A DNA stretch of 64,000 bases, taken from a virus. Its lineage: Duplodnaviria > Heunggongvirae > Uroviricota > Caudoviricetes. Location of the stretch: IMG/VR virus record IMGVR_UViG_3300012324_000010. One strand, written 5' to 3'. The notes under the pieces are model-generated. The model was not told the origin of the DNA. It did no database searches and worked only from the letters and a program-made list of their open reading frames with translations. Positions within the stretch are counted from its first letter, which is position 1. Every line of letters begins with the position of its first letter. Position numbers and translations under genes: made by a program. This document shows, in pieces, positions 19,597 through 29,764 of the stretch.

Positions 19597-19693
19597 GATA
19601 GAAAGTTTCCTTCTGTTGTTGTCCATTGTGTTTTTATCAAAGTTTATAACATCAAAAGGAAAAGGAGAAATGCAGAAAGGATGATTTCAAAAG

Positions 19694-20245
19694 TTAGCTA
19701 TTATTTTCCTCAATATCTACGCTCAATGTAACTTTTGAAGCACCCCCATCATAATTCCAATGAGGGGCAAGAGTGTAAGTCTTTCCATCATGAACAGCTT
19801 TGATGTCTCTTGTCTTGTATCCTCCATTGAGAATAGATTCTTCTGCATTAACACCATCTTCAGAAGTATCTAAAATCTCATATTCTCCTAACTTATCCTC
19901 AACAGCTTTATCAATATCTTCACGGTAGGTATCAGCTATAGACTTTTTGGAGTGGTTTCTTGCAGTGTAGTTTTTAGATTCTCCATAAACAGGGTGTTCT
20001 GTTGCTTTAATAGAAGAAAAGTGGGTAGCTGTAGAGACTGCAATGACAGAACCTATAATAGCAACAATGAAAGAATAAAACATATAGGAAATAGCATTGT
20101 TTTTATATTTTTCCCTACCTACAATGATAAGTGAAAGACAAAAGAGAGTAACCAAAAGTCCTAGCAAAACCATGAGAAAAACACCAAAAAGAGACAACTC
20201 CATTTGCACTTGTGAAGTATCAATAGTTTGCTCAAAAATGGTCAT
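19694..20245 (-). CDS. membrane protein, family D
   Basis: Paralog of 19042-19596. Confidence 0.85.
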   Translation of the reverse strand: MTIFEQTIDTSQVQMELSLFGVFLMVLLGLLVTLFCLSLIIVGREKYKNNAISYMFYSFIVAIIGSVIAVSTATHFSSIKATEHPVYGESKNYTARNHSKKSIADTYREDIDKAVEDKLGEYEILDTSEDGVNAEESILNGGYKTRDIKAVHDGKTYTLAPHWNYDGGASKVTLSVDIEENNS

Positions 20246-20377
20246 GATAGAAAAATACTTCCCTTCTGTTGTTTTTCCATTATGTTTTGTCAAGTTACAA
20301 TCTTATAACATCAAAAGAAAAAGGAGAAATACAGAAGGGAAGAAACTTAAGCTCATATCACTAAAAAACTTCTTATC

Positions 20378-20731
20378 TTAAGAAACAAAATCTCTCAAAA
20401 CATCAGTGAAATACAGTGCAGCTTCAACAGCATGGTTTATATCCTTAGCACAGCGCAAAGAAGAAGAGTGGTTAATATCTGATTTGTTAATACTATCCTC
20501 AATGAACGGGGTATTAATATCAACTTTGAATCTTTGGATAACTTCTGTGGAATCTTGTGGATTTTCTATAGCAACCAAATCAGCATAGCGGCTGCTGCTT
20601 ACTACCTGAACAAAACGATCATCACTGAGATAAAAATCAAGAATAATGAGTTTAAACTCTTTGTAATCCCAGTGGTATTCCATTCCAGTTTTCAGTGTGT
20701 TTTCTTTTTTATAACTAGGTGTATATTTCAT
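20378..20731 (-). CDS. hypothetical protein
   Basis: AAGGA RBS before MKYTP. Confidence 0.7.
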   Translation of the reverse strand: MKYTPSYKKENTLKTGMEYHWDYKEFKLIILDFYLSDDRFVQVVSSSRYADLVAIENPQDSTEVIQRFKVDINTPFIEDSINKSDINHSSSLRCAKDINHAVEAALYFTDVLRDFVS

Positions 20732-20927
20732 TTTTGATCCTTTGATAGATTTTTTACTGTAGTTATCATAGTGAAAAATAAGAGATATATTCACTGTAGA
20801 ACAATAACTGTTCATATTCATTACTCATATCAATGATAACTCAAAGATTGTCTTCTACTACAGCCATAGCTCGCATGAGAAGAACATCATCTTTATCAGC
20901 AGAAGACACCAACCTGTGATTTTCCCC

Positions 20928-21494
20928 TTATGCAAAAAGAGGAGAGTTACTGTACTTTACCATTGATTCCACAAAGTCATCATCTACTTCTTCAAAATCT
21001 GAGAGATTATCTTCTACTACAGCCATAGCTCGCATGAGAAGGACATCATTCTTATCAGCAGAAGACACTACACTGTGGTATTCATCCCCATAGAAATCCG
21101 TCATGTAGCTATCAGGAGAAACCCTATCTCCTCCTACTTTATAGCGTGCTGCTTTTTCAATGTTATGGTAGAACCCAATGAGATATCCTAAATCAAATGC
21201 TGAAGCAGACATGCAGTTATTAAACTGTGGATGACTATAGCAATATACAGGAGAAAGAGACATCTTCTTTGACTCTTTGATCTTCCACCGCATATTTTTC
21301 TTGAGAGCATCTCCTACTTTGATCCCATCAATCAAAGGTTGCTTGACAAACTGAGAAAAGTATTCCTTGTTATGAGAGTGGTTATAGAGAGTAGATACAA
21401 TATCTTTGATATTCTTTTCTACAAATTTGCTTTCTGGAATATCTTCAACATTGAAAGACAAATCAATAGCATTTTCAATAACTTTATTAGACAT
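20928..21494 (-). CDS. hypothetical protein (distant paralog at 24837-25302)
   Basis: AAGGAG RBS; PLIDGIKVGD versus PLLEGVKIGD. Confidence 0.8.
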   Translation of the reverse strand: MSNKVIENAIDLSFNVEDIPESKFVEKNIKDIVSTLYNHSHNKEYFSQFVKQPLIDGIKVGDALKKNMRWKIKESKKMSLSPVYCYSHPQFNNCMSASAFDLGYLIGFYHNIEKAARYKVGGDRVSPDSYMTDFYGDEYHSVVSSADKNDVLLMRAMAVVEDNLSDFEEVDDDFVESMVKYSNSPLFA

Positions 21495-21642
21495 GGTGTG
21501 TTTCTCCTTATGAGATTACTGTTGTTTTCCTTGTACAATCTCAACTATATAGAACAAGGGAGAAAAGCACAACAAATTAAAAAACCACGGGTGTAAAACC
21601 CGTGGTAATAAAGCTACCTCAAAAATGAGAAGAACAAATATA

Positions 21643-22824
21643 TTATCTAAATATACTTGCTACCTTGTAAAGGAAAGATTGAGACTCTACTTCTCCACCA
21701 GTTTTCACAGTAGGACCTTGAACTGGTGCTGCTTGAGTTTCAACAACAGTTTCTTTTACTGTTTCAGGGGTGCTCTCTTCTGTGGAAACAGATGTAACAG
21801 TTGTAGTTTTATTACTTTTAACTACAGAAGGCTTTGAGGTAGTTTCAGTAACAGTCTCTGGTTGAGGTGGTTCACTCTCTTCTTGAGGGGTATTTTCTGT
21901 AGATGTTGGCTCTGGCTCAGGAGTAGGAGTTTGACTCTCTGAGGTTGGGGTGCTGCTTACTACAGGCTTTTCTGGGGGTGTAGAAGGCTTTTCTGAGGTT
22001 GTAGAAGGTGTGCAATCTATACCCTCTGTAACAGAAGAAAGAGCTTCAGATAACTTCCCCCAGTCTCCTGCATACCAGTCTTTGTCTTTTTTAGTTCCAG
22101 ATATACTCTGAATTCTTTCAATTGGACCTTCTTTTTTTGGAGAAGAAGATTTTGCATCTTGCATAAAAACATCTCCAATTCCTACTCCAACAATTCTAAC
22201 TCCATCCTTTTTAAGATCGTTGGCAATTTTAACTGACTCCCCCTTGTTTCCAGTTCCATCAGTGAGAAAAATGACAAGATCATATTTGTTTTTCTTATGA
22301 TTTGTGGATACTGCTTTTAGACCTGATTCCCAGTTTGTCCCTTTTCCAATCTCATCAAAAGGATTGGTAATATCCTTCTTCATTTTTTCTATGGATTCTT
22401 TGGTTACCTTTTTAGGCTGAGGGTTGGGTTTTATTGATTTAGTATTAAAGTAGAAAGAAGCTACTGATATATTTTTGTCCACAATAGAATCTAAGAATTT
22501 TTCTGTGGATTTAACATATGCTTCTTTTTCTTTGCTCTTAATGGAACCTGAAACATCATACACTAGTGCAACATTCAAGGGCTTTCCATTACAAGAATCA
22601 TTTTTTAGTTCTGGATTGGGCTCTATCTTTTCATTTCTAGACTTATCACCTGTATCTTTGCTAGGAGAAGTAGAACTGGTAGAACTAGCAGAACTAGCAG
22701 AACTAGTAGGGCTAGTAGTCTGGGCAAAAGCCAATGATGGCAATCCTAGAGAAATGGAAAGAGTTACACATGCAGCCACAGCTGATTTAGAAGAAAAACT
22801 GCGCTTAGGGCTTTGTACAGTCAT
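21643..22824 (-). CDS. secreted von Willebrand factor A domain protein with Pro/Thr/Ser/Glu-rich stalk
   Basis: Signal peptide; MIDAS DVSGS...GTNW...FLTDG; C-terminal VKTGG. Confidence 0.85.
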   Translation of the reverse strand: MTVQSPKRSFSSKSAVAACVTLSISLGLPSLAFAQTTSPTSSASSASSTSSTSPSKDTGDKSRNEKIEPNPELKNDSCNGKPLNVALVYDVSGSIKSKEKEAYVKSTEKFLDSIVDKNISVASFYFNTKSIKPNPQPKKVTKESIEKMKKDITNPFDEIGKGTNWESGLKAVSTNHKKNKYDLVIFLTDGTGNKGESVKIANDLKKDGVRIVGVGIGDVFMQDAKSSSPKKEGPIERIQSISGTKKDKDWYAGDWGKLSEALSSVTEGIDCTPSTTSEKPSTPPEKPVVSSTPTSESQTPTPEPEPTSTENTPQEESEPPQPETVTETTSKPSVVKSNKTTTVTSVSTEESTPETVKETVVETQAAPVQGPTVKTGGEVESQSFLYKVASIFR

Positions 22825-23547
22825 AGTTTTATACCTCTTATATACTTGAAAAATCATCATATAGATGAAAAATGGAATAGGGAAAACATATTTCAACTCT
22901 CTTCATAAGTGTGTAAATATATGAAGATGCATTAAACAAACTACAAGAAGGTGAATACACTGACAACATCTTCTATAAACCTTGAAAAAAGTTATAAAAT
23001 ATGCTGTACACAACTATAACGCAATAGAAAGTTTTTTGTTGTAGGTAAATCAAGGCAACACAGCAGGCATGTCATTCACAAATAATGTGGCTGAAAACCT
23101 AGTAGCATTCTTGTCTTCCACCTTCACCGTATAATATGTTTTAAAAGGATGACTACCTCTTCTTCTTATATTACATTCCATTTTAAGGAGTTTTATTTTG
23201 CATGAAATGCAAACTATCCAAGATTTATCTCTAAGCTCTCTGCACCCAATATATGACGCAAAGAACAAGAATACTGATGTCATCCTAAACACAGCACAAG
23301 AATGTATCACCTATACTGACTGATCTACTAAAGATCCACATATCTCTGTGTCCCTTTCCATGTACAAAAAGTTCACTCCCTTTTTTCTTGATCTACCTAG
23401 GAAAATCAGCTAAGATAGAAGGTGTATCATTATACGCAACAGTTAAAAGATGTAAAACCGCACACAAAAAGGAATATATTAAAAGAAAGGAGAAAAGTTG
23501 ATTTCTTCACAGAACTCCCCTTTTGTAGAGGAGATCAACTTGACACC

Positions 23548-24672
23548 ATGAAAGATACAAAGATACGAAACTTTATTTTGTCTTCTGGAGATGAAATTTC
23601 TTTCTTCTTCACCGCTTTGCCCTATGCTCTGGGGCTAAAAAAGATGAAAGATGTATACCAATCATCAGTAAATAAAGATACCCTGCAGGTGCAAAAAGTA
23701 CCACTGCTGAATGTTATTCGTGATTGTGATATGGCATGTGTTTATCCTACTAATGAGGAGGATAGAGAATATATTTCTGCAGCAAAAAAGAAGCTAGGTG
23801 ATTCTAGTGATAACTTCAATTCATTTATGAAATTTGGGCCTGCTTCTCTGATCAATGGGATTCTTAGCACCATCTTTGCTGTATCAGTTTTTACTCTTCC
23901 CATTGTACGCCTGATGTTTATGTGGCTTGATTATTCTCGTCCTCCATTGCCTTTTGAGGAAGAGACTTCTATCCAGTATTATGTCCATAATGATTTAATC
24001 TCTTTTGGCAATATTGCCTTTGTTGTATTCATTCTTGCATGTATCATTTTTCTTCTAAGAAGCATTTCGCTATGGAATGAAGAATATAGATCAGTAGAAG
24101 CATCAGCTCTAGCTTCAGAGCTGTTTCGCAGCAAGGTATCCATTGTCTATGATCGCAATATGGTCTTAGGAAGAACTGTTAATTCACAATATTGCCTATC
24201 ACAAAAGATTGTCAAAGATATATGCAATGATGATTTTTCTACTAGTGCAAAGCTTCTTTCCTGTAAGCCAACCTTTGATGATGTCATAAAGAAATTCAAA
24301 GAGAGAAATGAAGAAGAAACACCTTCTTATATCCCTTTTGTCTCTGATCAGCGAATTGGTGTTTTTAACACAAATAGCAATATCCCTGACTCAATTCAAA
24401 AGAAGGTGTATTCAACAGTTATGGATATGCTACAGCACCTTGTGTCTACCACCCCATCTTTTGCACAGGATGATTATGGAAGGAAAAAACTTACCACTTT
24501 GCTTACAGTTGTAGCATTGAAAACATTCTACAATGAAGCTCCTTTCATGCAAAAAGATCAAGAAATCAAGAAAGAAAATCGCAAAATGAAAGAAAAAGAG
24601 CGAAAGGAGAAAAAGCAAAGAAGCCGTGATGAAGTAGATAGCACCTTTGATGCTTTCTTTGAGGTGTTTTAA
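23548..24672 (+). CDS. membrane protein (two TM segments), hypothetical
   Basis: GAGGAG RBS; two hydrophobic segments; basic C-terminal coil. Confidence 0.8.
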   Translation: MKDTKIRNFILSSGDEISFFFTALPYALGLKKMKDVYQSSVNKDTLQVQKVPLLNVIRDCDMACVYPTNEEDREYISAAKKKLGDSSDNFNSFMKFGPASLINGILSTIFAVSVFTLPIVRLMFMWLDYSRPPLPFEEETSIQYYVHNDLISFGNIAFVVFILACIIFLLRSISLWNEEYRSVEASALASELFRSKVSIVYDRNMVLGRTVNSQYCLSQKIVKDICNDDFSTSAKLLSCKPTFDDVIKKFKERNEEETPSYIPFVSDQRIGVFNTNSNIPDSIQKKVYSTVMDMLQHLVSTTPSFAQDDYGRKKLTTLLTVVALKTFYNEAPFMQKDQEIKKENRKMKEKERKEKKQRSRDEVDSTFDAFFEVF

Positions 24673-24836
24673 TCACATGCAGTAATAACTAGGTTTCTGC
24701 AAAGGAAGAAGAAGTCTACAAAGACAATTCTTAGTCTCCTGCAGCAAGATCGAAAAATACCACAGGGTTTGCCCCTGTGGTATTTTTTGTTTATTCACAA
24801 GCAATGCTGATAACACTATCCTACAAAAGAGTTCTT

Positions 24837-25302
24837 CTACAAAGAATGTGGTTTGAAACCTAGTAGCATTCTTGTCTTCCAGGTGTAATCTGCCATGGTT
24901 CTATAAGGATCTTTAGATTCTAGAAACTTCACCACATCTTCTGCAATGTCTTTTCCTGACATGCAACCATTGCTTTTATCAAAAAGAAGACATGCTTGTT
25001 CAACGTCTCTTTCAATCCCTAATGCAATACCTAGCTGAATGCAATAATATGCTCTTTCATTGTTGAACTTATCACTATAGACAGATACAGGATAGGCTAG
25101 TGTAGAAATATCATTTTTCACAGAAAACATATTTTGAGGAATGGTGGTGATTTCATCTCCTATTTTCACCCCTTCTAGCAATGGAGGAATGACAGTGTTA
25201 TTAAAGCTATTTTCATCACTGGCAAGGTAAAAAAATCTCCTCTAAAAGATAAATGATATCCTCATTAAGAATATCACTGTGGAAAGTGTGATTGTTAAGC
25301 AT
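24837..25302 (-). pseudogene. hypothetical gene frameshifted at a 7-nt homopolymer (25229-25235)
   Basis: AAGGAG RBS + ATG at 25302 is 1 nt out of frame with ORF 24837-25181; deleting one base of the tract gives a continuous ORF. Confidence 0.65.
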
Positions 25303-25480
25303 GGATATGTTGTCTCCTTATCAATGGTTGTTTTTAACTATTATTGTATATTCTTTTTCTCCAATGTTCAAGTCAATGTAGTAGCACTGACACATTTGTG
25401 TCCCTTTTACTTCTCTTTTCCAGCTATAACAAAACACCACTAGCTATAAAAACCAGTGGTGTTTTACTCCCTGTTAGGTG

Positions 25481-26212
25481 TTAAATGTTCTTCACATCTC
25501 CTAGATCCATAGTGATATCTACAAAATCCTGTGCATCCTTATCAGGAATGATACCCACCCTATCACCAGCCCAGGTTCCAGCAATCTCCTTATCAGCATC
25601 TCCTCCACCACGAGCACCACCCTTGGTAGAGCCTGCAAGAAGGATAAATGCAGCAGTCATAACATCTCCACTAAAGTACTGTACAATCTGACGCATAGTG
25701 CGTCCTACACCTACATACTTCTCCTTAGTGTCATAGTTGACAAAAGCCATAACCTCATTGTCATCTAGATGATCTAGAGCACTACCCTGTGCAATGAAAT
25801 CACCATGATCATCTTCTACAAACTCCAAACCAGCAACAGCTTCGCTGTGATAGTTGTGCAGAGTAGTAATGCTTCCATCCATTCCCTGAATCTTAAGTGA
25901 GTCCTTGACAAGCTCCATGCCAGTGTTATCCTTTAAAACCTTGCGAGCCAACCATCCTACATTTTTATAGGAATCCATATCCTCTTGGTAGAACTCAATA
26001 GCGTTGTCTACACCTTTAATATCATCTTTTTCAACATAATCTCCTACCAAAAAGACACGCTCCCCATTCCAGCCCTCTGCAAGCAAAAGAGCTAGTGCTG
26101 CAGTGGAGTTGAAAGACATCCCCTGTTCCAGCAACTTGTTACCATTTCCCAAAGACTGTGGGGAATAGAAGAATCCCTTGTCCATATTTACTACGCTGTG
26201 GTACTGACCCAT
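25481..26212 (-). CDS. hypothetical phage protein (MGQYH...VFLVGDY, WAGDRV)
   Basis: AAGGAG RBS; promoter module. Confidence 0.85.
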   Translation of the reverse strand: MGQYHSVVNMDKGFFYSPQSLGNGNKLLEQGMSFNSTAALALLLAEGWNGERVFLVGDYVEKDDIKGVDNAIEFYQEDMDSYKNVGWLARKVLKDNTGMELVKDSLKIQGMDGSITTLHNYHSEAVAGLEFVEDDHGDFIAQGSALDHLDDNEVMAFVNYDTKEKYVGVGRTMRQIVQYFSGDVMTAAFILLAGSTKGGARGGGDADKEIAGTWAGDRVGIIPDKDAQDFVDITMDLGDVKNI

Positions 26213-26448
26213 TGTTATTGCATCTCCTTAGATGATGTGTTGTTTTCCTTTGAACACTTATTACTTTAGTGGATGGTTATCAGGTGGTCAAGTTGCGTGG
26301 GTGTGAAATACCCCTATATAGGGGGTAGGGTATATATTTGTGTCCCCTTTTTATATAGTTTCTTCTTATAACAAAAAACACCCTCTTTCAATGTTGCATT
26401 ACTTATACAGCATCAAAAGAAGGTGTGTTTTTCTGATTTTCACGTGCT

Positions 26449-26850
26449 CTATCTTCCTAGAGTTTTCCAATCTTGTTTCATGATTTCCCTTAGTTCACGA
26501 TCATATTTGATATTGAAAGTGATAGATAAAACATCAGACTCATTATCTCCCATCATTGTTGTATCTAGGTATCCATCATCAATATCACAGTTTGACAAGA
26601 CTACTCCTTCAAGAACCATCCTAGGATCCACATTAGTATATACATGCCTATTTTCTAGGTTTTCATCTTGGTAGAGTTTGTCTTTGACAATCTTTTCAGC
26701 AATCTTTTCTACCACCTGATTGAGAGTGTTATTCCTTGCAGCATCGCGCTTTTTGTTAAGATAATGAATTTCTTCTCTATTTTTTAAGATTTCCTTTTCT
26801 AGCTTATCAATATTCTCATTCAGCTTATCAATATCCATGTTTTCATCCAT
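26449..26850 (-). CDS. hypothetical protein, family F (with 36102-36488)
   Basis: AAGGAG RBS; shared ARNxTLNxV and LSxTFNIKYDRE. Confidence 0.85.
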   Translation of the reverse strand: MDENMDIDKLNENIDKLEKEILKNREEIHYLNKKRDAARNNTLNQVVEKIAEKIVKDKLYQDENLENRHVYTNVDPRMVLEGVVLSNCDIDDGYLDTTMMGDNESDVLSITFNIKYDRELREIMKQDWKTLGR

Positions 26851-26955
26851 TATTTTCTCCTTCTTGTGATGATATTTTGTGATTTGATTGATATGTATTT
26901 AAGGATACATCACACTGTGCTTTTTGTCTAGATTTTCTCATTGAATATTCCACGC

Positions 26956-26997
26956 AAAAAAGAAAACCCCTGATACAAGAGCGATCTCATATCAGGG
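26956..26997 (-). terminator. intrinsic terminator of the orphan omega-RNA
   Basis: CCCTGATATGAG-ATCG-CTCTTGTATCAGGG followed by GTTTTCTTTTTT. Confidence 0.75.
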
Positions 26998-27000
26998 AGG

Positions 27001-27147
27001 AATCTTTAAATCTATCTAACTACCGTTAATGATTACAGGGCAATAATAGACAAGCTATTATCATCGTCATATCATTATTAGATAATACCTGTGCTAACTT
27101 AGTTGGCACTACAGTATTACTCATACCCACGGATCTTGAGTATGATA
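27001..27147 (-). ncRNA. stand-alone TnpB omega-RNA-like gene (copy of IS607 element 1 right end plus new ~20-nt guide)
   Basis: 27021-27147 matches 9168-9294 with 5 differences in 127 nt; own promoter and terminator. Confidence 0.75.
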
Positions 27148-27153
27148 CTAATG

Positions 27154-27183
27154 ATTATAGCATTAATCTTTCATCTATGACAA
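27154..27183 (-). promoter_or_regulatory. sigma70-type promoter for the orphan omega-RNA
   Basis: TTGTCA-18-TATAAT with extended TG; predicted start ~27147, at the homology boundary. Confidence 0.7.
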
Positions 27184-27241
27184 AACCCTTCTTGACAAGA
27201 TAAAAAGTCCATAAAAGACTTTCTATAGTAGGAAATGTCAT

Positions 27242-27586
27242 TTATTGATATAGCAGTGTTTCACCCCAGGTGTTAGTGAATACCAGAAGAGATTTGTCTA
27301 CTTCTAATACAGTGGAAGTATTTTCATCTTTGACCTTGACAAAATCGTCATCAACTTCACATTCCACTACCACAAAGTTTCCTCTATCATCAATCATCCT
27401 TGCATTGTGATGATAATCCTCATTCCACTGCACAGAATCCAAAGTGAGACCATCAGTGGAATCTAGAATACTTTGAGCATAAGAAACCAAAGCATCATTG
27501 TGGATGAAATCTTTATTCTTAATACACATCAATGCTGCTTGTCGCATGTGGATAATGTTTTGTGCTTCCACTGCAGTAATGCTCAT
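27242..27586 (-). CDS. hypothetical protein
   Basis: GAGGAGGA RBS; coupled to the upstream ORF. Confidence 0.8.
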   Translation of the reverse strand: MSITAVEAQNIIHMRQAALMCIKNKDFIHNDALVSYAQSILDSTDGLTLDSVQWNEDYHHNARMIDDRGNFVVVECEVDDDFVKVKDENTSTVLEVDKSLLVFTNTWGETLLYQ

Positions 27587-27589
27587 TTC

Positions 27590-27799
27590 TCATTCCTCCT
27601 CATTAAGAAAGACCTCTACAGCGCTGGGTGCCCAGCCATATTCCACTTCACCATGTACATTGACAACATCAATGAGACGATCTTCTCGCACGTTTTTTAC
27701 AATGACTCCTTTGCCGCGCACTAGCCCAGGAAGACCTGCACATGCAGCACGCTTTTCACCTAGAAGACAATCAATCTTGTATAGCTTATAGTTTTTCAT
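27590..27799 (-). CDS. hypothetical protein
   Basis: AAGGA RBS before MKNYK. Confidence 0.7.
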   Translation of the reverse strand: MKNYKLYKIDCLLGEKRAACAGLPGLVRGKGVIVKNVREDRLIDVVNVHGEVEYGWAPSAVEVFLNEEE

Positions 27800-27877
27800 A
27801 GGTGTTTTCCTTACTTGTGATAGATTTTTCAATAATCAATACTACTTGTTGGTGATATAAGTCTTCAACTTAAAAAC

Positions 27878-28363
27878 TTACATTTCAAAAATATCCTCCC
27901 CGGTATCAAAGTAGCCATAGACATCATCAACAGTGATATCCCCATCATAGACCTGTTGGAAATCACCTGTAATGTCTTCACTAATATGAGGGTGGTTTGC
28001 AAACCATTGTTCCCCCTGACCTGTCATAGGGTAGACAGCATATTTGTTGTTCTCATCATCTTCTACATAGTAGAAATCATCATGCACAAGACCAGAATCT
28101 ACCAGCTGTGCAATGATCTCCTCATCAAGATTTGGGTTGATTACTACATCAGTAGCTTCATTGTGTAGCTCTACATAAGGGTTATCAGTGATAACTGCAG
28201 ACATTTCAGCTTCATCCCAACCAGGGTTATAGGAATAAAAGACTAAACATGCATGTCCAGTATCACCATAGGTATCAGCATTAACCCAGCAGTCAGTGAT
28301 ATCTCCCTGGGTGTTTTCTTTTTCGCATTCCCAGCCATAGGTGATGATGTCATCATTTGTCAT
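27878..28363 (-). CDS. acidic hypothetical protein
   Basis: AAGGA RBS before MTNDD. Confidence 0.8.
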   Translation of the reverse strand: MTNDDIITYGWECEKENTQGDITDCWVNADTYGDTGHACLVFYSYNPGWDEAEMSAVITDNPYVELHNEATDVVINPNLDEEIIAQLVDSGLVHDDFYYVEDDENNKYAVYPMTGQGEQWFANHPHISEDITGDFQQVYDGDITVDDVYGYFDTGEDIFEM

Positions 28364-28560
28364 GATAAGTTTTCCTTTCTTTTTATATCTTTCTTTGTAT
28401 CTATAACCATATCTCAAACATTGTTTATGCTTCAACTACAGGGGTGGCAAATGGGGGTGGGTTGTGCATTTGTGTCCCTTTTATATTGCAGAAAAAGAAA
28501 AAACTCCTCTTAAAAGACTATCCTTTAAAGAGGAGGAATGATAAAAGGAAAACATCCCTT

Positions 28561-28890
28561 TTAAACAAAGTAGTGGATTTCTTCCAAATCATCCAAAGAT
28601 AAGGTAGAAGGAGCAAAGTTTTCCTTCCATGCAATCTCAAAGAACTCTGGATGATCTTCTACCATATCAGCGCAAGAATCATACTCCACACCCTGATACT
28701 TGCGTGCAAAAGCAGTGCAATCAAACCACTCATTTTCTTCATCCTCTTCAAAGAGAACTACAACAGAAAAGCAGCTGATAAAATCTTCTGGAGCACCATC
28801 AGAAAGTACAACAGAAGTGCAAAAACGCTCAGAACCATTCTGAGTAGCAAAAGAACCAATCAGTGCGTAGTCATCAGAAACGTTAAACAC
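28561..28890 (-). CDS. acidic protein, family C
   Basis: GTG start after AAGGAG; APEDF...YQGVEY...PEFFEIAW. Confidence 0.8.
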   Translation of the reverse strand: MFNVSDDYALIGSFATQNGSERFCTSVVLSDGAPEDFISCFSVVVLFEEDEENEWFDCTAFARKYQGVEYDSCADMVEDHPEFFEIAWKENFAPSTLSLDDLEEIHYFV

Positions 28891-29104
28891 GGTGTTTTCT
28901 CCTTGTGTGGTATGTGGTGTGTTTTTCTCTTGAATACTTATTACTGTAGTGGGTGATTGGTGGGTGATCAAGCTGAGTAGGTATAAAATACCCCTATATA
29001 GGGGGTGTTATTCTTGTGTCCCTTTTTTGATAAAAATCATCCTCAATACAACAAAACACCACTTAGAAACAACTTTCCTAAGTGGTGTTTTCTAGATAGT
29101 AGTT

Positions 29105-29560
29105 CTACTTGTTAAACAAACATATCTCCATATCTCCTTGGAGGAAAGTATACTTCCATACCAGATCGTCATCATTGATCCACTCAATATAGGATCCATC
29201 CTCCACAAATGGTGCTAGATCTTCAAGGAAAAAATCTTCATCGCCCATTTCACCTTCAAATCCTACAATTTCTAGATCGCCGGATTGAAGAATCTCTGTT
29301 TCAAAACCCAAAGCATGCAAGATTTCTTCTGTGCTCTTATAGATTTCATCATAGTTCCATTCCATTCCATAAAACCACTTATTAGGATTAGTGGATACAG
29401 AAGTGGAATCTTGTGGCTTTTCAGAAAGTTCACCCGAACGAACGCCACCAGACTTCAGAACATCATGAGCGTTAAGCTCACATAGAACGTCATAAGCATT
29501 ATCAAGATAATCATATGGAATAACAAAGTTGGAATCAATGATGCGAATGTTAAAACTCAT
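29105..29560 (-). CDS. hypothetical protein, family E
   Basis: Tandem paralog of 29765-30226 (EKPQDSTSVSxNPNKWF, APFVEDGSYI). Confidence 0.85.
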   Translation of the reverse strand: MSFNIRIIDSNFVIPYDYLDNAYDVLCELNAHDVLKSGGVRSGELSEKPQDSTSVSTNPNKWFYGMEWNYDEIYKSTEEILHALGFETEILQSGDLEIVGFEGEMGDEDFFLEDLAPFVEDGSYIEWINDDDLVWKYTFLQGDMEICLFNK

Positions 29561-29764
29561 GTGTATCTCTCCTTGTTTGAGTGTGGTGTTTTCTTCTTGG
29601 ATACATCTTTTATATTAGAAGGTAATACATCCCTAGTCAAGTGATTTTATTGAAAAACACCCCTATATGGGTGGGTGGTATATCTTGTGTCCCTTTTTAC
29701 AAGACAAAGAAAAACTACCTAGAAGATTTTTCTCCTAGGTAGCTTTCTTTTTTAACTCTTATCC

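Noticed and set aside
22920..23330. ORF 23050-23310 (-) and short plus-strand frames
   Set aside because: Looks like degraded coding DNA with stops; no supportable call.
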